This document shows, piece by piece, positions 1-8,770 of a stretch of 32,425 nucleotides of DNA. Every line of letters starts with the position of its first letter. Positions within the stretch are counted from its first letter, which is position 1. The translations under genes were made by a program, and so were the position numbers. Source of the stretch: Malassezia furfur. Its lineage: Eukaryota. The notes below the pieces were generated by a model, which saw only the letters and a program-made list of their open reading frames with translations, had not been told where the DNA came from and did no database searches. The stretch lies in assembly GCA_052055015.1 (NCBI GenBank), contig JBQJIT010000084.1, one strand, 5' to 3'.

Positions 1-1294
1 CGGCGCGAGGCTCGCGTGAAGGGGCGGCAGGCCGAGCGCGATTCTCCTCGGCGGGCGCTATATCGTCAGCGTCGGCAATCTCCACGCCATGCTTCGTCTT
101 GGTGTCGTCGGCGACTCGCGCCGCGCTTCCCTGGCGTTGCTCGGCAGGGCGGTTAGCCAGCGTCGTCGGCAGCAAGGGGAGGGCCTGGGCTGTCGTGGTG
201 CTTGTGCGCCGCACGCTCTCGAGGCGCGTGCGCAAGGCGTCGAGTGGGCCGCTGGTCGTGTGCGGTGCAGCAGGCGCAGGCTCGCCTTTGGTATCCGTGG
301 TATCTTTATCCGCAGCGCGCTCGACGTGCGCCGCCGACGCGGGCGGCCCATGTTCACCATGGCTATCGTCAAAGGGACTCGACTCAAGCGCGCTCTCGTC
401 GGGATCGGTACGTGCGCCACCGTGGCGTTCCTCAATGGCCTTGCGCAGGCTCTTGTTGAGGAAACTGGAGCGGAAGCGGTTGGCCGGTGTTTTCGATGGC
501 GGCCCAGCGGTATGTGCGGGCGGCGCAGCGGGCGGCGCAGCCTCAGATGGCTTCTTGGTGCTTCGTAGCACAGCAGAACTGAGCGTCCGTTTTGTGCGCA
601 GACCCGTACCCGGCGTCGTGCTCAGCAGCGACGCCAGACGGTCAGGACTCTTGGCAAAGTGCGCCGATTTGACGGGCGCGGGCTCCACGCCCAGCGCGTC
701 GTCCCGCCGCGGCTGCGACTCGTCCACCTGTCCTGCACTCGGCGCCAAGAGCTGGTCGGCGTGCGACGACCGCGGCTGGGCGGTGTGCGTACTCGACGTT
801 AAAAGCATTTCGTCGTCCGACTGGGACACATCGGCATCGGCGGATACGCGTGGCGCAGGACGCACAGAGGGCGAAGGCGGCTCAGCCGGACGTATGTCTG
901 CAGGCTTAGCCCTAGCCGGTGTGTCCTGGCCAAGGCGTTTGCGCGGCGACTTGACCACGTCGGCGACGATGCGGGGCAAAGTGTCCTGTTGGGTCCGGGC
1001 ATCAGCCTGCCCCACGTTCCGCATCCGCGCGCAAAACTCGTCCACATTCTCGTTGGTTTGTTGCCAGAACTCGGCCATCTTCTCATCCGCCTCGTTCTCC
1101 CATGGCGTCAGATCCACGTCAAACTCCATCTGTTTGGCGAGCTGCAGGAGCTGCGACTGCGCGATAATGTACGCATTCCGCATCACCTGCCGGTGCCACG
1201 CCGCATGGACATCACCATCGTGACTCTCCACCGCTTTGGCGGCAGAGCGGTGCGCCAACGCAGCGCGTCCCGCACCTTTCCTGCGCGGGGCCAT
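1..1294 (-). CDS. Putative inner centromere protein (INCENP/Pic1/Sli15-like), 3' end runs off the window
   Basis: ATG at 1294, with the frame apparently open to position 1 (absent from the ORF track because it has no stop). The N-terminus MAPRRKGAG...AAWHRQVMRNAYIIAQSQL...EADEKMAEFWQQTNENV...VADVVKSPRKRLGQDTPARAK resembles the fungal INCENP N-terminal pattern (W..., ia..., e.MaE.f, aD.fKtP.K.rg.TP). A low-complexity S/P/A/T region follows. The diagnostic C-terminal IN-box is outside the window. Confidence 0.55.
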   Translation of the reverse strand, partial: MAPRRKGAGRAALAHRSAAKAVESHDGDVHAAWHRQVMRNAYIIAQSQLLQLAKQMEFDVDLTPWENEADEKMAEFWQQTNENVDEFCARMRNVGQADARTQQDTLPRIVADVVKSPRKRLGQDTPARAKPADIRPAEPPSPSVRPAPRVSADADVSQSDDEMLLTSSTHTAQPRSSHADQLLAPSAGQVDESQPRRDDALGVEPAPVKSAHFAKSPDRLASLLSTTPGTGLRTKRTLSSAVLRSTKKPSEAAPPAAPPAHTAGPPSKTPANRFRSSFLNKSLRKAIEERHGGARTDPDESALESSPFDDSHGEHGPPASAAHVERAADKDTTDTKGEPAPAAPHTTSGPLDALRTRLESVRRTSTTTAQALPLLPTTLANRPAEQRQGSAARVADDTKTKHGVEIADADDIAPAEENRARPAAPSREPRA

Positions 1295-1349
1295 CGTCGC
1301 GGGGGACAATGCACACTCGCCCGTGTGTGTTTTGGCGCGTCGAGTCGGT

Positions 1350-1359
1350 GTCACGTGAT
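1350..1359. promoter_or_regulatory. GTCACGTGAT E-box in the 81-bp INCENP/VAM7 divergent promoter
   Basis: Palindromic CACGTG core (1352-1357) with Cbf1/USF-type flanks, 18 bp upstream of the VAM7 ATG. Confidence 0.55.
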
Positions 1360-1375
1360 GCTGCCTGCCACTGCC

Positions 1376-2167
1376 ATGGCGGCGCCGCCGATTCAGCGCG
1401 TGCAGATCGCGTCGTTCGAGCAGCGCACCGAGCCGGCGCCGTATGTGGTGTACGTGATTCGCGTAGGGATGGCCGGAGACTCGTGGGAGGTGCGGCGACG
1501 GTACTCGGAATTTGCCGCGCTGCACGCCGCCATTACGCCGCCGGCACCGCCCGCGCCGCTGCCGCCCAAGAACCTCGCAGCACACTCGCTCCGCTTCCTA
1601 CGTGGCATTGGCGGACTGTTTGGCGCGTCGACGGAGCCGCATGGCATAGACGAAGCGGCGATCGAGGAGCGCCGCGCCGGACTCGAGCTTTACCTGCGCG
1701 CGATCGTGTCTGCCCGTGATGATCAATGGCGCATTCACCCAGCATTTCTCGAGTTCTTGCAAGTGCCCAGCCCCGAAGAACCAGGTACCAGCGCGGCGTC
1801 TGCACAGCCACCGATGACGCAGACAGCATCCGTGCGCAGTGACTCCACCAAACCGACGCGTTCATTCCTACCTGATCCAGCTACATTGCGGCCATGGAAT
1901 GCCAAGAAGCCCGCCGTGGAAACCAACGTAACGCGTCCCTTATCGGACGCGCAGCTGCTGCAGCACCAGACCGATACCCAAATGCGCGCACAAGACGCCC
2001 AGGCGGAGCAGCTTGCCAAGATTCTGGCGCGCCAAAAGCAGCTGGGCCTGGCGATCCACGATGAGCTCACCGAGCAGACCGAGCTCCTGAATCACTTGTC
2101 GACCGATGTGCAGAATACCCGCACCCGCATGGACCAAGCACAGAAGCGCATGGCGCGGTTGGAATAA
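1376..2167 (+). CDS. VAM7: Vacuolar Qc-SNARE with N-terminal PX domain (263 aa)
   Basis: PX motif (YVVYVIRV...WEVRRRYSEFAALH...PPAPLPPK...IEERRAGLELYL...FLEFL) plus a C-terminal SNARE coil (QDAQAEQLAKILARQKQLGLAIHDELTEQTELL). No TM anchor, as in Vam7. An alternative ATG lies at 1358. Confidence 0.9.
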   Translation: MAAPPIQRVQIASFEQRTEPAPYVVYVIRVGMAGDSWEVRRRYSEFAALHAAITPPAPPAPLPPKNLAAHSLRFLRGIGGLFGASTEPHGIDEAAIEERRAGLELYLRAIVSARDDQWRIHPAFLEFLQVPSPEEPGTSAASAQPPMTQTASVRSDSTKPTRSFLPDPATLRPWNAKKPAVETNVTRPLSDAQLLQHQTDTQMRAQDAQAEQLAKILARQKQLGLAIHDELTEQTELLNHLSTDVQNTRTRMDQAQKRMARLE

Positions 2168-2390
2168 AGGGCATTGCCATAGAGCGAATACCACGTGGCC
2201 TTTTTTGGATTGCATGCATGCCCGTGGAGCACTTGACCCCGATGATGGTAGGCATTCGATGCAGGTACCCGATACGTCCTCCAATCAACACCCGTATAGA
2301 TTTCCCGGCGGACAAAAGACGTGGGCGACATCACTGCGGTGCAACGAGCGAGTGTGGGGATAATATGCTCAGAACGTCTGTCTTCGATTT

Positions 2391-2400
2391 CCACGTGACT
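2391..2400. promoter_or_regulatory. CCACGTGAC E-box upstream of TUP1 (second CACGTG at 2192-2197)
   Basis: CACGTG at 2392-2397, 73 bp upstream of the ATG. Confidence 0.5.
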
Positions 2401-2470
2401 GGCGCGAGCGGCCCTCCGAGATCGTCACCGCGCCTCGATTGTTGCACGTCACCACTGCGGGCCCGACAGA

Positions 2471-4426
2471 ATGGCGTCCGTTAACCCGCTTGCCGGTGTC
2501 CCTCCCGGCGGCAGTGCAGCCATGGGCCGCCCGGGGTCGATGACCCCCTCGCAACCACTACCGTCCCACGGACCACCACATTCGACATCCCCTCCGCCTG
2601 GTGCCCACCCGATCGCGGGAGCCGTGGCCCCGGGAGCTGGGCAAGCGATTTGGTCCGCTCGGCTACTTGATCTACTCAATCTCGTCCGCCACGAGTTCGA
2701 TGTGATCGGGAACGATGCCGTGCACTTCAAATCCCAGCGCGATGAGATGGAGCATCGGAGTATGTTATTTCCGCGCTAACGCCAGTCGCCCAGCAGTTCA
2801 ACGAAGTGACCTTGATGCAGGACCATGTGTATGAGCTTGAAAAGCGCCACTGTGATATCGTTGCGCAGTACGAAGAGGAAATAAAACGCCTCCGTGGCCT
2901 GCTCGATGCGCGCGGCGTCCCGCATGCTCCTGACGCTGGATCCTTCGCGCCTGCCTTGGCTCCGTCGCGCGGTGCGGGCGGCAACTCGTCGCGTGCGTCG
3001 TCTCCGACGCGCGGACGTGCAGAGCGCCTGCCGCCGCCGGACGTCGGTGCGCACGCCGCGCCGCGCGGCGCACAGGCTGCCGAAGCGTCATGGCCGCCGA
3101 GCAAGCGTGCCAAGACGAACGGCACGGCACCAGGCGCACAGGCCAGCGAATCGCGTCCTCCGCGGATGAAGCGCGAGGAGCGTGAGCCCAAGCGTCCGAG
3201 TACGTCTGCGCTCCCTGACCCAGACCCGCCTGCGGCGCCCGAGCCTTCGGCCAAGGAGGACGAGGCGCGCACAGAGGCCGCGGCCGATGCGGGCAAGCCT
3301 CCTGCCGCGGCCGAGCCGACGCCCACGCCCGCGCCCGAGAATGCTGGCGAGGAGCCCGCTGAGCAGAGTCAGGCGCTGAAGAAGGAAGGAAGCGACTGGG
3401 TCGCTCTGTACAATCCCAAGGCGCAGCCGGCGCTCGACGTGAACCTGGTGCACACGTTGATGCACGACAGTGTGGTGTGCTGCGTGCGCTTCTCGCCCGA
3501 CGGCAAGTTTTTGGCCACGGGGTGCAACCGCGCGGCCAACATCTACGACAGCAAGACGGGCGCCAAGACGTGTATGCTGCAGGACACGTCGTCGGAGAGC
3601 GAGGGCGACCTGTACATCCGCAGCGTATGCTTTAGTCCCGACGGCAAGTACCTCGCGACGGGTGCCGAGGACCGCCAGATCCGCATCTGGGACATTGCGG
3701 AGAAAAAGATCAAAACGACGCTCACGGGCCACAAGCAGGAGATCTACTCCCTCGAGTACTCGCAGGATGGCCGCATCCTCGCCAGCGGCTCTGGCGACAA
3801 GACGGTGCGCATCTGGGACATGGAATCGGGCACGCCGATCCATGTGCTCTATACGAGTCCTGGTCTGAACTACGGGCTCGGCGTCACGGTGATTGCCCTG
3901 AGCCCCGACGGGCGCTTGGTGGCCGCCGGCGCGCTCGACACGTTTGTGCGCGTGTGGGACACCAAGACGGGCAAGCTGCGCTGCCGCCTCAAGGGCCACA
4001 AGGACAGCATCTACAGCGTGGCCTTTATGCCCGACGGCAAGACACTCGTGAGCGGCAGCCTCGACAAGACGCTCAAACTGTGGGACTTGACGCGCATTAC
4101 GCAGTCGCTCGACTCGATGGACGACGAGGTCTCCAACTCGTCCATGTGCATCTCCACGTTTACAGGACACAAGGACTACGTGCTGTCCGTATCGTGCTCG
4201 CCGCAGGGCCGCTGGATCGCCTCGGGCTCCAAAGACCGCAGCGTGCAGTTCTGGGACCCGCAGTCGGGCCAGTCGCAGCTCGTGCTACAGGGCCACAAGA
4301 ACTCGGTGATCGCCATCAACCTCAGCCAGACGGGGAACCTGCTCGCGACAGGCAGTGGGGATTTCAAGTACGTCGCACGAGACTCACCACAGCGCACGAA
4401 TCTGGTCGTACGAGAATACGTCCTAG
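2471..4426 (+). CDS. TUP1: General transcriptional corepressor Tup1 (634 aa); exons 2471-2759, 2786-4367, 4393-4426
   Basis: Tup_N domain (RLLDLLNLVRHEFD...QRDEMEHR|IAQQFNEV...VYELEKRHCDIVAQYEEEIKRLR) and a WD40 propeller (HDSVVCCVRFSPDGKFLATGCNR, DLYIRSVCFSPDGKYLATGAED). Splicing restores the conserved C-terminus ATGSGDFNARIWSY. Confidence 0.97.
2760..2785 (+). other. Spliceosomal intron, 26 nt (TUP1 intron 1)
   Basis: gtatgt-tatttccgcg-ctaac-gc-cag; removal joins the two Tup_N frames. Confidence 0.93.
4368..4392 (+). other. Spliceosomal intron, 25 nt (TUP1 intron 2)
   Basis: gtacgt-cgcacgaga-ctcac-ca-cag; removal gives GDFNARIWSY, the conserved last WD40 strand. Confidence 0.93.
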
Positions 4427-4455
4427 CTATGTCGTATAGTGGAGTGGGAGATGCA

Positions 4456-5322
4456 TTAATCGCGTCGTGGGTACGGAGGTGTGCGGTCGGGACTGGGGGA
4501 CCGACGCCGCGCGTCGCGGCGGTCGGGACTCACAGACCGGCGTCGCGTGTCGCGGTGATCATCATAGCGGCCGCCATAACGGTCGTCGCGGCGGTCGTCG
4601 TAGCGATCGACGTAGCGGTCGTCGCGGCGGTCATCGTAGCGGTCGCGCTCGTCGGGCCCATCGGCGCGTCGCTGTGCACGCGGACCCTGTGTGTCAGTGG
4701 GAGGAGGACGTACCCATCCGGAGTCGCGCTCGCGGCGCGTCACATTGCCGCGTTTGTCGACGAAACTATCGGGCGGCCGCCGTGTTTCGCGTCGTCGGTC
4801 GGCACCGATGGGTGACCGCCCGCGGTCAAAACGCCCAGCGGGCCGTGCACTTGCATCGTGCGGCGCTGGCCCAGCCGTGCCGCGGCGGCGTACCTCGCTC
4901 ATGACATGATCGGTCTCGGCGCGCGCCTGCTGCATCTCGCGCTTCTTTTGCTCCACAAATGCACGTGGAATGCCCGCAACCGAGTCTTGCGCGGAGAGCA
5001 ATAGGGACCATAGTTCGGCCATGAACGGGCGTGCGCGCTTCTCGAGGAAGCCTGTGAGCGAGATCTGCATTTTGCGGGGGTCCGGGAACTGCTCGCTCTC
5101 GAGGTGGTCGCTGACAAACTCGACGAGCACCTCATCTTCGAAGCCCAGGATCGCCTCGACCTTTTCGGCGATCCACGGGCGCATCACCTGGAGGTTGACC
5201 TTGGATGTATCGACGCGCTCGTCAAAGTTGCTGGGGTATTTGGTCGACTTGAGCAGCGCATCCTCCTTGTTTTTGAAGCGGACGTCGTCGCCGCCGGCCA
5301 CCCCCCGGAAACCGTCCACCAT
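4456..5322 (-). CDS. PWI-domain splicing factor (SRm160/SRRM1-like), ~279 aa, probable intron 4687-4713
   Basis: GFRGVAGGDDVRFKNKE...FDERVDTSKVNLQVMRPWIAEKVEAILGFEDEVLVEF...PDPRKMQISLTGFL...FMAELWSLLLSAQDSVAGIP is a PWI domain, followed by an RD/RS-rich tail. Confidence 0.92.
   Translation of the reverse strand: MVDGFRGVAGGDDVRFKNKEDALLKSTKYPSNFDERVDTSKVNLQVMRPWIAEKVEAILGFEDEVLVEFVSDHLESEQFPDPRKMQISLTGFLEKRARPFMAELWSLLLSAQDSVAGIPRAFVEQKKREMQQARAETDHVMSEVRRRGTAGPAPHDASARPAGRFDRGRSPIGADRRRETRRPPDSFVDKRGNVTRRERDSGWVRPPPTDTQGPRAQRRADGPDERDRYDDRRDDRYVDRYDDRRDDRYGGRYDDHRDTRRRSVSPDRRDARRRSPSPDRTPPYPRRD
4559..4648 (-). repeat. Coding 12/24-nt imperfect tandem repeat (RYDD-RRDD units)
   Basis: Encodes RDRYDDRRDDRYVDRYDDRRDDRYGGRYDD in the PWI protein tail. 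Confidence 0.7.
4687..4713 (-). other. Probable in-frame, stop-free spliceosomal intron, 27 nt (PWI gene)
   Basis: gtacgt-cctcctccca-ctgac-aca-cag matches the local intron consensus; removal gives RERDSGW|GPR. Confidence 0.75.
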
Positions 5323-5335
5323 GATAGGTGGAGGA

Positions 5336-5343
5336 CCACGTGT
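5336..5343. promoter_or_regulatory. CACGTG E-box in the 60-bp PWI/PRS divergent promoter
   Basis: CACGTG at 5337-5342. Confidence 0.5.
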
Positions 5344-5382
5344 GACGGGCTCCGCTCGCACGCTCATCACGTTTTTCTACGG

Positions 5383-6627
5383 ATGCCTGGGGTGAACTCG
5401 ATCAAGCTGCTCACGGGCAACAGCCACCCGGAGCTCGCGCAGCTGGTGTCCAAGCGGTGCGTTGTGTGCATGCTCACACAGACTCGGCGTCCCGCTTACC
5501 GAGTGCATCTGCCGCAAGTTTGCTGACCAGTCGATCGACGTCCGCATCGGGTCGTCGGTGCGGGACCAGGACGTGTTCGTGATCCAGTCGGGCCACTCGC
5601 CATATGTCGACCCGAACGACAGCCTGATGGAGCTGCTGATTATTCTGTCGGCATGCAAGACGGCGTCGGCGCGCCGCATCACGGCCGTCATCCCGTCGTT
5701 CCCCTACTCGCGCCAGAACAACAAGGACAAAAGCCGTGCGCCCATCACCGCCAAGATGGTCGCGAACATGATCACCACGGCGGGTGCCGAGCACGTCATC
5801 ACTGTCGACTTGCACGCGAGTCAGATCCAAGGGTTCTTTGACGTCCCTGTCGACAACCTGACGTCCGAGCCGTCCATTGCGCGCTGGATCCGGAGCAATG
5901 TGGACGACTGGCGCGACGCCATCATCGTGTCGCCGGACGCCGGCGGTGCCAAGCGGTACGTGTGCCCCACTCACCCAGTGCGACGTCGCTCGCCGACTTC
6001 CTCGGCATCGACTTTGCCCTCATCAACCGCAACCGCCGGCGCGAGCATGCGCGGCGCCATCATCACCACCCGCACCACCACCACCACCTCGACATGACGC
6101 AGCTTGCCGTGTCTGAGGTCGCCAACGGCGTGCTGTCTATGAGCGACAGCGGCGAGTGGTTCATCAACGAGGAGGACGGCCGCCGGCTGCGCAGCGGCGG
6201 CCACCGCCGCCCGCAGGTGGGCGCAGAGAGCGAGCAGGGCATGTCGGACGACGAGAACGACGCCAAGATGGAGGTGCTGGTCGGCGACGTCACGGGCAAG
6301 ACCGCCATCCTCGTCGACGACATGATCGACACGGGCCGCACGCTTGCCCTCGCGGCCAAGACGCTCGAAGCAGCGGGTGTCAAGCGCGTGTTTGCCGCTG
6401 TCTCGCACGGCCTGCTCTCTGGCCACGCGGTGGACCTGATCAAGCGGCTGAATATGGAGAAGCTCGCGGTGACCAACACCATCGCAAACCACGGGAAGGC
6501 GGCCGCGAGCGGCGGCATGATCCAGATCGTCGACATGTCGGCCGTTATCGCCGAGACGATCCGCCGCTCGCACCACGGCGAGAGCATCTCGACCATGTTC
6601 CGCCAGGACGCCGAGATGATGTTTTAG
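5383..6627 (+). CDS. PRS: Ribose-phosphate pyrophosphokinase (PRPP synthetase) subunit with a loop insertion, 398 aa; exons 5383-5456, 5482-5955, 5979-6627
   Basis: [94 protein letters not shown]. Confidence 0.95.
5457..5481 (+). other. Spliceosomal intron, 25 nt (PRS intron 1)
   Basis: gtgcgt-tgtgtgcatg-ctcac-a-cag; restores VSKR|LGVPL. Confidence 0.92.
5956..5978 (+). other. Spliceosomal intron, 23 nt (PRS intron 2)
   Basis: gtacgt-gtgcccca-ctcac-c-cag; restores the conserved GGAKR|ATSLAD. Confidence 0.93.
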
Positions 6628-6634
6628 ACATAGA

Positions 6635-8661
6635 CTACATGGCACTGAAGAAGGTTGCATCGAACGCCTCGGGCTCCAGTTTGCCCTGCTTCATCTTTTT
6701 CACGGCGCGCTCCTCGGCCGCCCAGTCCTCCTCGTCGCTCGCGTCCGACGGCGAGGCTGGCGCAGGCGCACTCGCCTGCTCGTGCAGCCACCGCCGCTTG
6801 CGCTCCTTCTTCTCGCGGCGCACATCGCGCGCCTCCTTGCGCCGTTTTTGCTCGCTCCACGCGCCCTCTTGCTTCTTGGCGGGCGCCGCACGCGGCGGCG
6901 GTGCGGGCGCCGCATCCTCGCGCGCCAGTGCGGCGACGCGCTGCGCCTCGCGCCGCTTGTCAGCGTACGCAAACGTGCGGAGCTGGGTCAGTAGCAAGTA
7001 CGTACGTCCGGCATCGCGTCGTCAAACAGCGACGCATTGTCCCCATTCCGCTCACGCCACCGTGCGACTTCCGGCATGCGCGGCAGGTTGAGCAGCGCAA
7101 ACTGACACGCAAGCCGGTCGAGCGGCAGGTCCGCGAGGCGGAAGATGTAGTTTACTTCGTGCTTCGAATAGGCGCGCACGTAGCTCACAAACGCGCGCAT
7201 CCCCAGCTCGTACAGCGCACGGTCAGTACGCACCGTGTCGCGCAGCGACTGCTCGAGCGCACGGGCGTCGTCATCTGTCTGCGGCTCATCGCCGTACGCG
7301 AGCGTCGGCAAGACATAGCGCATCGGGCGCAGCGGCACCTGCTTGACCTGCAGGTATTCTGCGTGAGTGGCGTACACGTACCGACATAGCCCTCCTCGCG
7401 GCCCTCGTGCAGCAGCACAATCGCACGGCCTGTTCGCCCGGCACGCGCCGTGCGCCCACACCGGTGCGAGAATACCTTGGGGTCGTTGGGCGGGTCGTAC
7501 TGGATCACGACGTCGACGTCGGGCAGATCGAGGCCGCGTGCGGCGACGTCCGTGCACAGTAGCACGGTACACTGCGCATCCATAGCGCCCATATGGTCCG
7601 TGTCGTGTGCGTCGGTATGTGCGTTTGCAAATGCCTGGAACGTCGCGTGCCGCCGCTTGGTCGTCTGCTTGCCATGCAGCGAAAAGAACTGCAGGCCCTG
7701 TGTGGCGTCGGGGTGCGCCTTGGTGTGCTGGCTGAGCAGCGTAAACACGTAGTTGACCTGCGCACATGTGGCAAAGTACACGATGCACTTGTGCGCGCCG
7801 TCCTGCGCTTCGCGCCGCAGCAGACGCAGCAGCTGTGCTAGTTTGTTCTCGGGGCGCGACACGTGGTAAAAGTTGTGTAGCGTCGCGGGCATGCGGATGT
7901 CCTTGCGCGTCGCCGAGCCCTTGGCCTTGGTCTCGACCTTGACCACCACACGCACGGGGTTGCGCAGGCCGACACGGACCAGCTCGGTGAGCGCTTCGGT
8001 CATTGTCGCACTGAACAGCCCCGTGCGTCGCTGTTTCGGCAGGTACGCAAGCAGCGCGCGGATCGGCTCAACAAAGCCCAGGTCCAGCAGGCGGTCTGCC
8101 TCGTCCATGACGAGCACATCGAGCTCGCTGGTGCGCACACCGGGTTTCTTGAGCAGCTCTTCCATGCGTCCCGGCGTGCCGACAAGGATGTCGGGGCCGT
8201 TTTCGCGGAACACGCGGTAGTCTTCAGCAGGGGACACTTTCAGGCCACCCACAACGAGCTGTACGGGGCCCACACGCCCGTGTGGCGCGGTGTCCTCCGG
8301 CTGGGCGTCCAAGAAGCGCTGCAGCACACCGCACGTCTGTTCCGCAAGCTCGCGCGTGGGGCACACAATGACCGCACCGAGCTCGTGCTTCTTCAGACTA
8401 ACCTCGCGCCGTCGCAGGATCTCGAGAATGGGTATTACGAACGCGAGTGTCTTGCCCGAGCCCGTCACGGCCTCGGCGACCACGTCCTTGTGTGAGAGGA
8501 ACAGCGGGATGGACGCGGCCTGCACGGGCGTCATCTGTGTATATTTCATGGATGACACGACATCAAGTCTGTATGAGTTGTGTTACCTACATCCACTCGC
8601 TCAGCGGCGGCCGCACCGTGGACCAGGCGCCGGCCGCCATCGCCGCGTCGCTTTGCGCCAT
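6635..8661 (-). CDS. SPB4: DEAD-box RNA helicase Spb4/DDX55 (652 aa); exons 8661-8591, 8568-7382, 7358-7006, 6982-6635
   Basis: MTPVQAASIPLF, VVAEAVTGSGKTLAF, PTRELA, DEADRLLDLGF, LPKQRRTGLFSAT, GLRNPV, TDVAARGLD, HRCGRTAR, AFVSYVRAYSKHEVNYIFR, and a basic Spb4-type C-terminus. An alternative ATG lies at 8640. Confidence 0.95.
6983..7005 (-). other. Spliceosomal intron, 23 nt (SPB4 intron 3)
   Basis: gtacgt-acttgcta-ctgac-c-cag; restores MPD|LRTFAYADKRRE. Confidence 0.9.
7359..7381 (-). other. Spliceosomal intron, 23 nt (SPB4 intron 2)
   Basis: gtacgt-gtacgcca-ctcac-g-cag; restores GREEGYV|EYLQVKQVP. Confidence 0.92.
8569..8590 (-). other. Spliceosomal intron, 22 nt (SPB4 intron 1)
   Basis: gtaggt-aacacaa-ctcat-a-cag; restores the Spb4 N-terminal PPLSEWI|LDVVSSMKYTQMTPVQ. 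Confidence 0.88.
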
Positions 8662-8770
8662 CGACTTTTTTTTTTGGAAACCACGCCTCCACACGGCGAC
8701 GACACCCGCATCGGGATCTCCGCGGGGTACTCGGGAAGTGCCTCAAACCGTTCCTGCATCCCGTACCACG

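Noticed and set aside
1441..1466. Intron-like gtatgt...cgtag 26-mer in VAM7
   Set aside because: No CTNAY branch site, and removal would delete the conserved PX strand YVVYVIRV and shift the frame.
4393..4815. Hydrophobic C-terminal extension of TUP1 in the ORF track, overlapping the PWI gene
   Set aside because: Artefact of reading through the 25-nt intron; the true stop is 4424-4426.
5456..8591. Frame breaks in PRS and SPB4 read as pseudogenes or programmed frameshifts
   Set aside because: Every break coincides with a consensus GT..CTNAY.CAG micro-intron whose removal restores the conserved protein.
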